From the human T2T-CHM13v2.0 reference genome, Homo sapiens, in assembly GCF_009914755.1 (NCBI RefSeq), contig NC_060929.1: a DNA stretch of 64,000 nt, one strand, 5' to 3'. Below the pieces are notes generated by a model. That model ran no database searches, had not been told where the DNA came from, and saw only the letters and a program-made list of their open reading frames with translations. The translations under genes were made by a program, and so were the position numbers. Position 1 is the first letter of the stretch. Each line of letters starts with the position of its first letter. This document shows, in pieces, positions 26,895 through 39,028 of this stretch.

Positions 26895-27399
26895 TGATAG
26901 GGTTCTGGACTCACTAGTATGGCATCTTGGCCTAGGGGATATTTTAAGAGGAACAAATTTAAGAAATGGCATGTACAAGGAAGGGCTCTCTGACCATCCC
27001 CTGAAGCACGTCATAAGACTTTCATTTGAGAAGAGGCCTCCCTAGGCCCACGGGAAAGTAACATCCTTATCTCTGAAGACGAGCCATGATGAGAGGAATC
27101 TGAATGATAAGGCCTTGCTAAGTTTCCCTGGGTTTACCACCCTCAGCTCAAAACGTTTTGTCTTGTCATATTTTTCAACGACTTTCCACTCTTCATCAAA
27201 CCTAGTATGAAAACACCCAGGTTTAACCATTTCTTCAGATCTTTATTTCCTTATGAAGGCTCCTGTGTCACATAAAACTTACATTAAATAAATCGGTATG
27301 TTTTTCTCTTGTTAATCTGTCTTTTGTTAGTGTAATTCACAAGGCCTCAACCAATGCATCTAAGATAGATAGAAGGAAAACATTTTTTCCTCCTCTACA
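26895..27399 (+). mobile_element. Uninterrupted ERV1-class solo LTR (MER34/MER39-like)
   Basis: TG...CA ends; TSD ctta at 26891-26894 and 27400-27403; AATAAA at about 27287; reverse-complement homology to 8354-9340. Confidence 0.82.
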
Positions 27400-27523
27400 C
27401 TTACGATAAATATTATTGATTTGTTATAAATTATCAATAAGGAAGAAATCAATAATATTACTGATGAGGGCAAAGGTCATGAATAGGTAGTTCACAGAAA
27501 AGTAAATATAAATATTTGTTATA

Positions 27524-27665
27524 GGCCAAACATGTTGGTCCACACCTGTGGTCTCAGCTACTATGGAGACTGAGGTGGGAGAATCAGTGAAGTCTCAAGT
27601 GAGCCATGATTTCACCACTGTACTCCAGCCTGGGCAACAGAGAAAGATCTTGCCTCTTAAAAAAA
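27524..27665 (+). mobile_element. FRAM / AluJ right-arm monomer with internal deletion
   Basis: 'cacacctgtggtctcagctact...gtgagccatgatttcaccactgtactccagcctgggcaacagag'. Confidence 0.8.
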
Positions 27666-27670
27666 TACCG

Positions 27671-27783
27671 ATAGAGAGATAGATAGATAGACAGATATTA
27701 TATATATAGACATATAACATATATTAATATTTTTAAAATATATCTACATCTATACATAGATATATATAAGATATATCTATTAT
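27671..27783. repeat. GATA/TA-rich low-complexity repeat
   Basis: (GATA)n and (TA)n runs. Confidence 0.8.
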
Positions 27784-27784
27784 G

Positions 27785-28250
27785 AAAAAATATTAACCTC
27801 AAAATAAGAGAACTGAAAACTGAAACTATAATAAAATACTAATCTTTACCTATCTTATTGGCAAAATTGCATAACACACTGGGAGGGCAAGAGTTTGGAG
27901 AAATGGGACATCACACATTGCTATTGGTGGTGCAGTTTTTACACAACCTCTATCAGGGTTGTCACTATCTATTAAAATGTAAAATGCATATAACATTTGC
28001 CTCAGCAATTCCACTTGAGGACTTTTATCCTATAGATATCCTTACATGCACCCTTAAAGACAATGTACCAGACTATTAATTCTAGCACTTTCTATAATAG
28101 CAAAAGATTAAAAACAGCCTAAATATCTATCTGTAGGGGAATGATAAAATAAATTAGTACCTCATACAACAGAATACTACACAACATTTAAGATGAGATA
28201 ACGAGTTGTTCTCACGTAGAGTGATTGACAAGTCATATTAGAAAGAATGG
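27785..28250 (+). mobile_element. L1ME-type ORF2 3' fragment
   Basis: 'gcctcagcaattccacttgagg...atcctatagata', 'ataatagcaaaagattaaaaacagcctaaatatc'. Confidence 0.6.
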
Positions 28251-28257
28251 GAAAAGA

Positions 28258-28547
28258 GGCCAGGCATGGCCGCTCACACATGTAATCCCAGCACTTTGTG
28301 AGGCCAAGGTGGGCAGATCACTTGAGGTCAGGTGTTCAAGATCAGCCTAGCCAAGATGGTGAAACCTCGTCTCTACTAAAAATAGAAAAATTAGCCAGGT
28401 GTAGGGTGGGCGCCTGTAATCCCAGCTACTCAGTAGGCTGAGGCAGACAACTGCTTATACCTGGGAGGCAGAAGTTTCAGCGAGCTGAGATCGCACCACT
28501 CTGGTGCAGCCTGCATGACAGGGCAAGACTCCGTCTCAGAAAAAAAA
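28258..28547 (+). mobile_element. Full-length AluS
   Basis: Alu dimer with short poly(A). Confidence 0.95.
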
Positions 28548-29239
28548 CCTGTCCAGTCAAGAACATGTAGGCTCACACATACAGATGGAGATCCACAACC
28601 TACATCTGGTACCTTCTTTGGCTTCCTCACAAAATGTCAGGCCTTTGCTCTTTGTTCCAAAATAATTTCACCTGTATTGTTGTTGGCACATACGGAAATG
28701 ATCTTCATTTTAATTATGTATTTTCTTTCACTCTTTTTTTTTTTTACCAGTTAAATGTAATTGCAATTTTTTTCATTCAAGTGCGAGTTTTATCTTCATT
28801 AAGACTGGACTGAGTTAATAATATGCAGTTAATCTATGGCAGTCTTTAAAATAATATGCCAATATCTTGAAATGATTGGAATTTTATGAGTGAGAGTGGC
28901 TGCCTTATTTGTAATATTGTATCTCAGAAAAAATTAAAAAGGCTTTAAATCATTTTTCTCTCTCATACAGTAAGAATCAATTACATTTTAAAAACAGATA
29001 CACATACCGTGGATCTAATACAGTGGCCATGTTCACATATTTTGGAAATAGTTTCCCTCAGAATAGATGAAACAATATTGACCATGAATTTATAATTATT
29101 AAAGTGAGAAATCAATTTTCAGAGGCATTTATGAAATTAACCTCTCTACTTTTGTGTAGTTTAAGATTTTCCACTCCATTAAAAAATTTATTACATATCT
29201 TTGAGGTATACAACATGTTATTTTGATTACATTTACAGT

Positions 29240-29580
29240 CCGTTGGACAGTTGCGTGTAGGCCGGCTGGTCTCAGAGAACCCCATTCACTTGTCTGCCTC
29301 TTGGCTTGCGTTGTGGACTAGGACACCTCTGTTCTCCTCCCTGTGGCCTTTCTAGCAAGCTAGCTCAGGCTTACTTAGATGGCAGTCTCAGAATTTGAAG
29401 TGCAGCAAATGAAGACAAGCCCTGAGGCTTGAGGAATTTTAAGTCTGTGCTTGTGTCATAGTTGTTATTGCCCTATTAGCCAAGGCAAATCATTAGGCCA
29501 AGGCCAAAGTCACTGTGGCAGGTGACTGAGAAAACAGACACAAGGAGGGTATTTTTTGTAGCCACTTTTGCCAAAAATAT
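29240..29580 (-). mobile_element. Old MLT1 (H/I/J-like) LTR fragment
   Basis: 'tctcctccctgtggcctttctagcaagctagctcaggctt...attagccaaggcaaatca'. Confidence 0.55.
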
Positions 29581-29772
29581 GCCATGTGTCCTGTGCCAAG
29601 GATCTCAGATTCCAGCATTTGGGTTCAGGTCGGGAACTCTGACTACCGTGGAGCCTGCTGACATTTTGCTTCCACGTGTCTCAAAGTACATTTTTTTAAA
29701 AAAGGAAACGTTTGCTTGCTAATTGGAAAGTGGTTCGTTAAACAAATCTAAACATTGTTATTATCATTTTCT

Positions 29773-29798
<26 letters not shown>
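29773..29798. repeat. (TTA)n microsatellite
   Basis: About 8 perfect units. Confidence 0.95.
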
Positions 29799-29803
<5 letters not shown>

Positions 29804-30688
29804 GTTCTTAGGGAGTTTAGTATGCCAATGTGTTACAGGCATCCCTATAAGGGAATCTCCTATGTAGTATTTCAAACATTTTTTAATATAATGTATCTCC
29901 CAAGGCAGACAACCCAACTCCAAACACTTATTGCCATCACGACTGTAGGTCCAGTGTTTCCAGAACTTCCAATGTGTTAAGAGAGGAAAGAAAGTTTTTT
30001 CATTTTATGTAAAATTTCCTAATTTTTAGATATTATGACCTGTTTAAATATTTTTTAAAGATTCCCTATCAATAAACTCTTTTTTAAAAAGCAATATAAG
30101 GGTCCAAGGATTCTCTTGGGAAAACATTCCTGCTAATGAAAGGCAGAGTGGAGCTCAGAGGTTTGATGAAAGGATGGCAGGACCAGGTGGAAGAGCAGGG
30201 AGAGGGTGATTTTGAACACTGAGGTCATCACTCAGGTTGTTCTCAGCCTAGTGGGCAAGTTCTCACACCTGAGTCCGGGTCCTGGGAGGAAGACAATAAA
30301 AGATTGAATAAGAACTGATCTCCATGGGCACCCTAAGCTCAGGGAGTATCTCTGGTGAAGATGCTGGTGACCTCAGCTCAGTGTTCTCAGCATCATTGAA
30401 GATCACAGGCCTTGGTGTCTCAAGGGACCAGCAGAAGGAGAAGTTTAACTTTTCCCAGTGGGTCCACCCATCACTGATCTGTTGCTTGTCAGTTGGACCA
30501 GAGATATGAGAGAGGCAGTTTTCCCTCTCAGTTTTCCTATAAGAAGGGAGGATTTTTCTATGATGCATGTTGACTGGACTCATCTCTTTTTCCCAACTGC
30601 ATGTTACATATATTCACGATTCTGGCCTTTCTGCCATTAAATGTTTTTCCCTTCTTTCCCTAAGACATTTATTTTATGCTTCCATCCC

Positions 30689-31498
30689 TGTTGTGGTAAC
30701 TGATGTTTTCCAAAAATATGCCATCCATATCCTGTACTACAGTGTGACCTTGCCAGTCACCCATCAGGAGGTGAATTACAATTCCCTTCCTGGTGACTGT
30801 AGACCAGCTTTGTGAATCTCTTGTAACCAATACAATTATGAATCTCTTGTAACCAATACAATTTGGTGGAAGTGACTCCACTTGACTTCGAGAAGGCCTT
30901 GCAGCTGCTGCCTGTTTCTTTTGGACCACTTGATCTACCGCAGAGTTTCTCATTAACATTTTTTGTTGGCAGTTAAGCTGGGCTTGTCCTGCACATCGTA
31001 GGATGTCTAGCATCATCCCAGGCCTCCACCCATGCATTGAGAGTAGCACTCTCCCCCTGGGTTGTAACAACCAAAACTACTTTTAGGTATTGCAGTTGTT
31101 GTCTCCAGGGTGGGCAAAATCACTCCTTTTTGAGAACCACCACTCCACAGGAAGCCAACAAACATTTAAGAATCCCAAGTACTCAAGACTACCATGCTGG
31201 AGAGTCACATGTAGGTGCTCCATCAAAAGTCCCAGCTGGAGCCCAGCCTTCCAGCCACTGTCTCCAAGGTGTGAGATTCATGAGTGGAGCCACGTTGGAT
31301 CCTCCAGACCAGCACATTTGCCAGCTGAATATCATGGGGCGATATCAATCAATGCCACCAAAAGCAGAAGAATTTCCCAGCTGAGCCCTGCCTGAATTCC
31401 TCACCAACAGAATCTGTGAAATTTTATATTTAAAAGGCTGCTGTTTAACCCCATTAAGTTTTGGGATGATTCGTTATATAACAATAAGAACTGGGGCA
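30689..31498 (+). mobile_element. MLT1 (F/G/H-like) LTR, interrupted by MER20
   Basis: 'cccagctgagccctgcctgaattcct...taagttttgggatgattcgttat' 3' end; the 5' half lies before 30941. Confidence 0.75.
30941..31142 (-). mobile_element. MER20 (hAT-Charlie)
   Basis: 'cagagtttctca...gtaggatgtctagcatcatcccaggcctccaccc...ttgtaacaaccaaaa...ttgagaaccac'. Confidence 0.8.
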
Positions 31499-31627
31499 CC
31501 TATTGAGATGAACAGTGAACTAATAATATTTTAATACATTTTTTCTACAAAAAATAGTATTTGTTTCTTACCTTTTGATGCTTATTTTAATTTTTGTAAT
31601 TTGCCATAGAGCAAATGACTTTATAAA

Positions 31628-31730
31628 TGCATTCATCTTCTCATTCATTTAACCAATATTTGCTGAGGACCCATCTTTGTACCAAGAACCATGTTGGATC
31701 CTAGATACACATAGCTAAATATGACATTTT
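31628..31730 (-). mobile_element. L2 3' terminus
   Basis: 'cattcatttaaccaatatttgctgaggaccc'. Confidence 0.55.
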
Positions 31731-32217
31731 AAAAATCATTATATCTGTGAAGTTTTCTTTATGTACTCGGTGATCTAATCAACATTTCTCATTTTCGTGA
31801 GTTACTGACCTTAACATGATCTCTCTTCTCTGGTTTTTGCTTCTGCTTATGATAACCTTCCTCCTGAAACTTATTCTTTTCTCTTTATTTTCCTGAATTC
31901 TGCCTACATTAGCACTAAATCCAATACCACCTCCTCCACAAATCTTTGATGCTTTAGTCAGAATAACTTTTATCCCTTCTTTGACATTTCACTTTTTTCT
32001 CCCCTCTCCCCAACTCCTAATTTGACATATTATCATCCTTACTCAGAATCTGGCATTTCCTCCTACTTTGTACAGAAAATAGAACCCATGAGCATTGACT
32101 ACCCAATTCACAGATATGTTCATCAACACCCATGAACATGATGCAAGCAACCCTGCCTTACCTTCTTAACTCCATTTGCATTGAACAAGATGTTCCTTCT
32201 TCAATTGAAAACCACTC

Positions 32218-32579
32218 TGTATTAGTCCATTTTCATGCTACTGATAAAGATGTACATGAGACTTGGCAATTTACAAAAGAAAGAGGTTTGTTGGACTTAC
32301 AGTTCCATATGGCTGGGGGCACCTCACAATCATGCTGGAAGTCAAGGAGGAGAAAGTCACATCTTACGTGGATGGCAATAGGCAAAGAGAGAGCTAGTGC
32401 AGGAAAACTCCCATTTTTAAAACCATCGGATCTCCTGAGACTCACTATCGCAAGAACAGCATGGGAAAGATCTGCCCACGTGATTCAATTATCTCCCACC
32501 GGGTGCCTCCCACAACATGTGAGAATTATGGGAGCTCCAAGATAAGATTTGGGTGGGGACACAGAGCCAAACCATATCA
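32218..32579 (-). mobile_element. THE1 3' LTR
   Basis: 'tgtattagtccattttcatgct...gagccaaaccatatca', directly adjacent to the polypurine-tract end of the internal region. Confidence 0.93.
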
Positions 32580-33458
32580 TTCTGCCCCTGGCCCCTTCCA
32601 AATCTCATGTCCTCACATTTCAAAACCAATCATGCCTTCCAACAGCCCCCCAAAGTCTTAACTCATTTCAGTATTAGCTCAAAAGTCCACAATCCAAAGT
32701 CTTATCTGAGACAAGGCAAGTCCCTTCTGCCTATGAGTCTGTGAAATCAAAAGCAAGTTAGTTACTTCCTACATACAATGTGGGCACAGACATTAGGTAA
32801 ATACAGCCATTCCAAATGGGAGAACTTGGCCAAAACAAAGGAGTTACAGGCCCCATGAAAGTCCAGAATCCAGCAGGGCAGTCAAATCTTAAAGCTCCAA
32901 AATGATCTCCATTGACTCCATGTCTCACATCCAGGTTATGCTGATGCAAGAGGTGGGTTCCCATAGTCTTGAGCAGCTCTACCCCTGTAGCTTTGCATTG
33001 TACAGCCTCTCTCCTGGTTGTTTTCACCAGCTGGTGTTGAATGTCTGCAGCTTTTCCAGGAGCACAATGCAAGATATTAGTGGATTTAGCATTCTGGGGT
33101 CTGGAGGATGGTGACCCTCTTCTCACAGGTCCACAGGTGGTGCCCCAGTAGCGACTCTGTGTGGCGGCTCTGACCCCACGTTTCCCTTCTGCACTGCCCT
33201 AGCAGAGGTTCTCCATGAGGGCCCTGCCCTAGCAGCAAACTTCTGCCTGGGTATCCAGGCGTTTCCATACATCTTCTGAAATCTAGGCAGAGATCCCCAA
33301 ACCTCAATTCTTGACTTCTATGCAACCACAGGCTCAACATCATGTGGAAGCTGCCAAGGCTTGGGGCTTGCACCCTCTGAAGCCACAGCCTGAGCTGTAC
33401 CTTGGCCCCTTTTAGTCATGGCTGGAGCAGCTGGGACACATGGCACTAAGTTCCTGGG
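32580..33458 (-). mobile_element. THE1 internal region, 3' part only
   Basis: Colinear with 15109-15970; ends abruptly in MER21-like sequence. Confidence 0.92.
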
Positions 33459-34263
33459 GGGCATGGTGCCTGGAAAAGGCATGGGAGTTCTGTGCCCATT
33501 CCCACATCCCTTGCCCTATGCTTCTCTTCCATATGACTGTTCATCTGTATCCTTTAGCGTGTTCTTTATTAAGAAGCCAGCAAACATAAGCAAAGTGTTT
33601 CCCTGAGATATGTGGGCCACTCTAGCAAATTAATCCAACTCAAGGAAGGGGTTGTGGGAAACCTTGTTGTTGTTGTTGTTGTTGTTTTTAAGATGGACTG
33701 TCTCTGTCGCCCATGCTGGAGTGCAGTGGCACAATCTCACTTCAACCTCTGCCTCCCAGGCTCAAGCGATCATCCCACCTCAGCCTCCCAAGTAGCTGGG
33801 ACTACAGGTGCGTGCCACCACACCCAACTAATTTTTGTATTTTTTGTAGAGCTGGGGTTTCACCATGTTGTCCAGACTGGTCTCAAAGTCCTGGCCTGAA
33901 GCTATTTGCCCACCCAGGCCTCCCAAAATGCTGGGATTACAGGCATGAGCCACTGTGCCTGGCAAGAGCCAAATAATAGCCAATTGGGCAGAAGTATAGG
34001 TGACGACGTACTACTTGGGGCTGGCATCTGAAGTTGGAGGAAGTCTTGTGGGACTGAATCCTCAACGCATGGTGTGTCTGATGCTATCTCCAGGTAGTAT
34101 CAGAACTGAGTTAAATTATAGGACATTCAGTTGATGTCTGCTAGAGAATTGCTTAGTGTGTGAAAGAAAACCCCTAAACATCTGCTCACAGAAGTGTTCT
34201 GTATGTTGAAGGACTGTGTGAGAGTAAAGAAAAAAAAAACTGTTCTGTTTTGTTTTTTTCTCA
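33455..34263. mobile_element. MER21-like LTR (partial), split by an AluJ
   Basis: 'gtgtttccctgag...ctctagcaaattaatc...ggggttgtgggaacc' and 'ggcatctgaagt...tcttgtgggactga...gctatctccaggtag'. Orientation not asserted. Confidence 0.75.
33665..33963 (-). mobile_element. AluJb with (TTG)n tail
   Basis: Antisense Alu dimer with J diagnostics 'ctcaagcgatcatcccacctcagcc'. Confidence 0.93.
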
Positions 34264-34307
34264 CTAGCTCTACTCACTCTTCTTGTTTTCAGAGTCCAAT
34301 TTCTTGA

Positions 34308-34637
<330 letters not shown>

Positions 34638-35722
34638 TGATTCTCTCATTTATTCCCTAACATAATGTTGTAATCTCCTCCTTTCTCATCACTAAACACA
34701 GCTCTCTGCCTTATCCCATCTTACATGCATTCTACTAAAGCATCACTGGTGAAGGTGACCACACACGTCATAATTGCTAACTAGCAGGGAATTTTCAGTT
34801 TCCATTTCCCTTCTCTCTGTTAAAATCGACATAGTTTGCTGCGTCCTCCTGCTTGCAACTCCTGCGGCTTCCCAAGATACCTTTCCCCTGCAGCTAGTTC
34901 CTCTTCGGTCTCTTTTGGGTGTTCTTCTCTCCCTCTGCACATAAATGTTAAGACTCTCTTCTCCCTAGTTCCTGTTTCTCTCCTTGGGGAGAAAAGTTAT
35001 CTCAAAAACTCCCACAGCTTCAGTCACCACAGGTACCTCCTGACTCAATGCTTCTCAGTCCCAGCCACTCTGGGGAGCTCTGAACCACAGATTCCACTGC
35101 CGCCTGGGTATTTGCGGTCAGACGCCGCAAATGCTCTGGGTGCAGGACCGGACTCATCCTCTGCGTGTTTAAGTAAATCTCTCCTGTGGTCTCTATCTTG
35201 GAGGAAGGCACCACCCCCACGGAACCACCCCAAAAGAGCCACCAAGTCTATGGACTCAGCCTCCAGTTATTTGGTTCATGCCCTTCAACACCGGCTCTGC
35301 CTCAGCTCAGGCCCTCAGCATTTCTCCCCTGTCCCTGGCAGCAGCCTTCTAACCTACTGCCATCTCCAATTCGGCCCTCCTTCCTGGGCTTTATCCACTC
35401 TGCTGCCAAATTCACCTTCCTAACTTACACATTTGATCAAGACTAAGTCCCACTGGAGAACAAAGTCAAGGTTCCTTGAGTTGGCAGCCAAGCCCTCATG
35501 CTCACCTTTTTCATCCCATTTCTGGCTACGTCACCCCCTACACAATGGCCACACTAAATACATTGGCAGATCCTTGGGCACATTATACTCTCTCACACCT
35601 ACAATTAGACCATGAAATACTTTGCTCTATTATTTTCTTTTTCTTCTTTCTGGTATATCTTTCTTCCTTCCAATTCCTTTCTTAGTTGGCTAATTGTGCT
35701 CAATCTTAAAACACTCAGCCCA

Positions 35723-36025
35723 GGCCAGGAGTGGTGGCTCACGCCTGTAATCCCAGCACTTTGGGAGACCGAGGGAGGCAGATCACGAGTTCAGGAGATT
35801 GAGACCATCCTGGCTAACATGGTGAAACCCCATCTCTACTAAAAATACAAAAAATTAGCTGGGCGTCATGGCACACACCTTTAGTCCCAGCCACTCAGGA
35901 GGCTGTCAGGAGAATCACTCGAACCCAGGAGGCAGAGGTTGCAGTGAGCCAAGATCAAGCCACTGCACTCCAGCCTGGGCAACAGAGCGAGACTCCATCT
36001 CAAAATCAAAAACAAAAACAAAAAA
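35723..36025 (+). mobile_element. AluSc/AluY-like full-length Alu
   Basis: 'gatcacgag.tcaggagattgagaccatcctggctaac'; TSD ctcagccca at 35714-35722 and 36027-36035. Confidence 0.96.
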
Positions 36026-37625
36026 CCTCAGCCCAATTGTCAAGTCTTGGCGTAGCTTTCCCTGATACTCCCAACAGATGATAGAGTAAGGCCCCTCCCC
36101 CTTATCACTCAGCATTCCCTGTGGTTTTTCTCTATTACAGCACTTAGAAAAGTGTATTGTTGCTCTCTGTAGGCCCGCCTGTACACAAGCTCCTTGAGAG
36201 CAGGGATTTCACCTCTTCTGTCTGTAATTACAGCTATATTGTAGCATAGTGCCAGGCATATAGTAGTTGTTCAATAAATGTCTTAAATAAATAATCCCCT
36301 TGAACCTTCTATAAGAGCAATTTGCATGCATTCTTTGCCTCCTGTGCTGGCCTGAAAACACTTTGAGAATAAGAATTCTTTTTAAAAAATCTATCTCCCA
36401 CTGTCTACTACCACGCTGTTCGCATTCTAGACATACAATAAATGTTGAATTATATCACCATTTGTGTTTCGTATGTTCAGATAAACCTAAATGGTGTTCA
36501 TCAAAAATAACAAAATGTTCATTTTTACAATGCTGACCAACGACATAATGCCATGATATTGAAACAGATGGTTAGTTGTGACTTTTGTAATTATACGGGA
36601 TACATCCTTTCAAACAGCAAATTGCTGCAGAGCCTTTTAGCATCTAGTCCATACTTAAAAGTTTGCATTGTTTTCTGTTAGGATTTTGTACAAGGTACCT
36701 GCTATCTTCTATCAGGGCCTCCTAGGAGGATAATTTTTCATAGCCAGAGTGTCCAGTCTACCACAACTTGTATAAAATAGCTTACAGAGTGATTCAACTC
36801 TTTGCTACAATTGTTTGCTCAGTAAGCCTATGCATTATTTATCTGTTGGGTGATAGAAAGTAAAAAATTTCCTTGCTGTACATCCGGGATACTGTTTACT
36901 TAGCCCTGAAAAATTCTGATTCTGAATTTTTCCTGAGATTTCACATATCTTTTAAGACATTATCCATGAACTGCTACAATTAGATGCATTAACATTTATT
37001 TCATAGCAGCTATAACTTCATTGTCTCAGTATTTGATGAAAGCCCTAGATTGAGATTTGGGAAACAAAAAGTGTTTTCATGTGATTTTGAGGGCAGATGG
37101 CTTCAGCTGTTGGATAATTTCATCTAATTTATGTCTAGTCTTTTATAGTGTCTAGTAGATATGAAAACATGTTTGCTTTTACTAATCAAAATGATATACT
37201 GAATTTGTGTGAAGAATATAAATTTCAATCACAATACAGTTGTATTGTACCCCAATTGGGTTCTAAAGTAAGCTTTTTTGGCAAAAACCATGTGTGAAAA
37301 AAATGATCCTTGACAATCACCCAAACAAAAGCAGACCTTCCTTCTCTCCCAAGTGCAATACAGCCAAATTTTTTCTCATGTTACCACAGATTTCTGTTTT
37401 GTTAGTCTGACACCAAGTGAAGTTGCCGGCTTGCATTTAAGGGCTACTTGATATGAATAGCATATATCTATAAAGCAAGACATTTCCAGTAGCCTGAGAT
37501 GTTCACACAACCAAAGACACACAGGATCACTGGAGTTGACAACAAATTCCCCCCCATTTCATTCTCACTTAGGAGTACATGGTCTTTGGTGGAAGAGCAT
37601 GTAGAATCACCACGGTATTCCCCAT

Positions 37626-37650
37626 CTCTCTCTCTCTCTCTTTCTCTCTC
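37626..37650. repeat. (CT)n microsatellite
   Basis: Direct reading. Confidence 0.85.
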
Positions 37651-38054
37651 CTCTCCACTCACTGCCCCAAATTGGATAATTCATAAGAGTCAAATGTGCA
37701 TGTTCTGTGACTACACTGGAACTTTTCTTTATTGTTCTTAATAGCTTATCACAAACACAGCTGAAACCAAGAGCATTTCTATCAACTCATCCCATTACGA
37801 CAGTTCTCAATTTCTAACCACCACAAGTCTGATTTTGGTTCTGGAGTTCTGAACTTCCAAATTTAATTAAAACTTCATCTGCATCCAGGTGTGCCTAGTT
37901 CTTATTGACAGAACCCCTGCAAAAACAAAAGAAGGAGAAGTTTTTTTAATGAAAAAAGGTAAAGGAAAGAAAAAATGGATAAATGGATTTTGGGAGCCCT
38001 GACAACCGAAGCAGAAAGAAAAGGGAGATAACTAACATATGCTATCTCTTTAAT

Positions 38055-38216
38055 TATCTCATCCACCTTGACAAGTGTTATTTTTGCTTCATTTTATAGA
38101 GAAAGAAACTGAGGTTTAAAGATATCCTGTAACTTCCCCCAAGGTCACAGAGATGTTAAGTGGTACCGTTGGGATTCAAATACAAATGTGTCTGGCTCCC
38201 ACACTCTCATATTTAC
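38055..38216 (-). mobile_element. MIR
   Basis: 'cattttatagagaaagaaactgaggtttaaaga...aacttcccccaaggtcacag...gggattcaaa'. Confidence 0.85.
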
Positions 38217-38656
38217 TGACATAGTTTGGATCTGTGTCCCTGCCCAAATCTCATGTTGAATTGCAATCCCCAGTATTAGAGGTAGGGCCTGGTAGGAGAC
38301 AATTGGATCATGGTGGTGGATTTCTCATGAATGGTTTAGTACCATCAGCTTGGAGCTGTCTTCATGATAGTGAGTGAGTTCTCGTGAGATCTGGTCATTT
38401 AAAAGTGTGGCACCTCGTTCCCTATCTCTCGATCTCTCTCTCTTGCTCCTTGCTTGCCATGTGATTTGCCTGTTCCCCCTTCACCTTCTGCCATGAGTTA
38501 AAAAAAAAAAAAAAGGCTTCCTGAGGCCTCCCCGCAAGCACATGCTGCTATATTTCCTGTAGAGCCTGCAGAACCGTGAGGCAATTATACCTCTTTTCTT
38601 ATAAATTATTCAGTCTCAGGTATTTCATCATAGCAATGCAAGAAGAGCCCAGTACA
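38217..38656 (+). mobile_element. MSTA/MSTB solo LTR
   Basis: TG...CA ends; perfect TSD tttac at 38212-38216 and 38657-38661. Confidence 0.92.
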
Positions 38657-38672
38657 TTTACACCATACCATA

Positions 38673-39028
38673 TGATATGGTTTGGCCTTGTCCCCACCCA
38701 AATCTCACCTTGAATTGTAACAACCCCCATGTGTCAAGGGGGTGGCCAGGTGGAGATAATTGAATTATGGGGGCAGATTTTCCTATACTGTTCTAGTGGT
38801 AGTGAATAAGTCTCATGAGATCTGGTGGTTTTATAAGTGGGCATTCCCCTGTACAAGCTCTCTCGCCTGGTGCCACCATGTAAGACATGACTTTGCTCCT
38901 CATTCACCTTTTACCATGATTGTGAGGCCTCCTCAGCCATGTGGACCTGAGTCAATTAAACCTTTTCCTTTATAAAATACCCAGTCTCCATTATGTCTTT
39001 ATCACCAGCATAAGAACAGACTAACATA
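38673..39028 (+). mobile_element. THE1-type solo LTR
   Basis: 'tgatatggtttggcc..gtccccacccaaatctcaccttgaattgt...gagtcaattaaacct...acagactaac'. Confidence 0.92.

Noticed and set aside
27671-27783. AT-rich quasi-palindrome as a functional hairpin
   Set aside because: Self-complementarity is expected from (TA)n low-complexity sequence derived from an Alu tail.
15109-33458. The two THE1 pieces as one element split by a 15-kb insertion
   Set aside because: Both contain the same 860-bp internal segment, and their order on the minus strand is wrong for a single provirus.
34836-35423. 195-aa ORF
   Set aside because: It lies in a decayed L2, is Ser/Leu/Pro-rich as expected from pyrimidine-rich DNA, has a non-ATG start and shows no domain.
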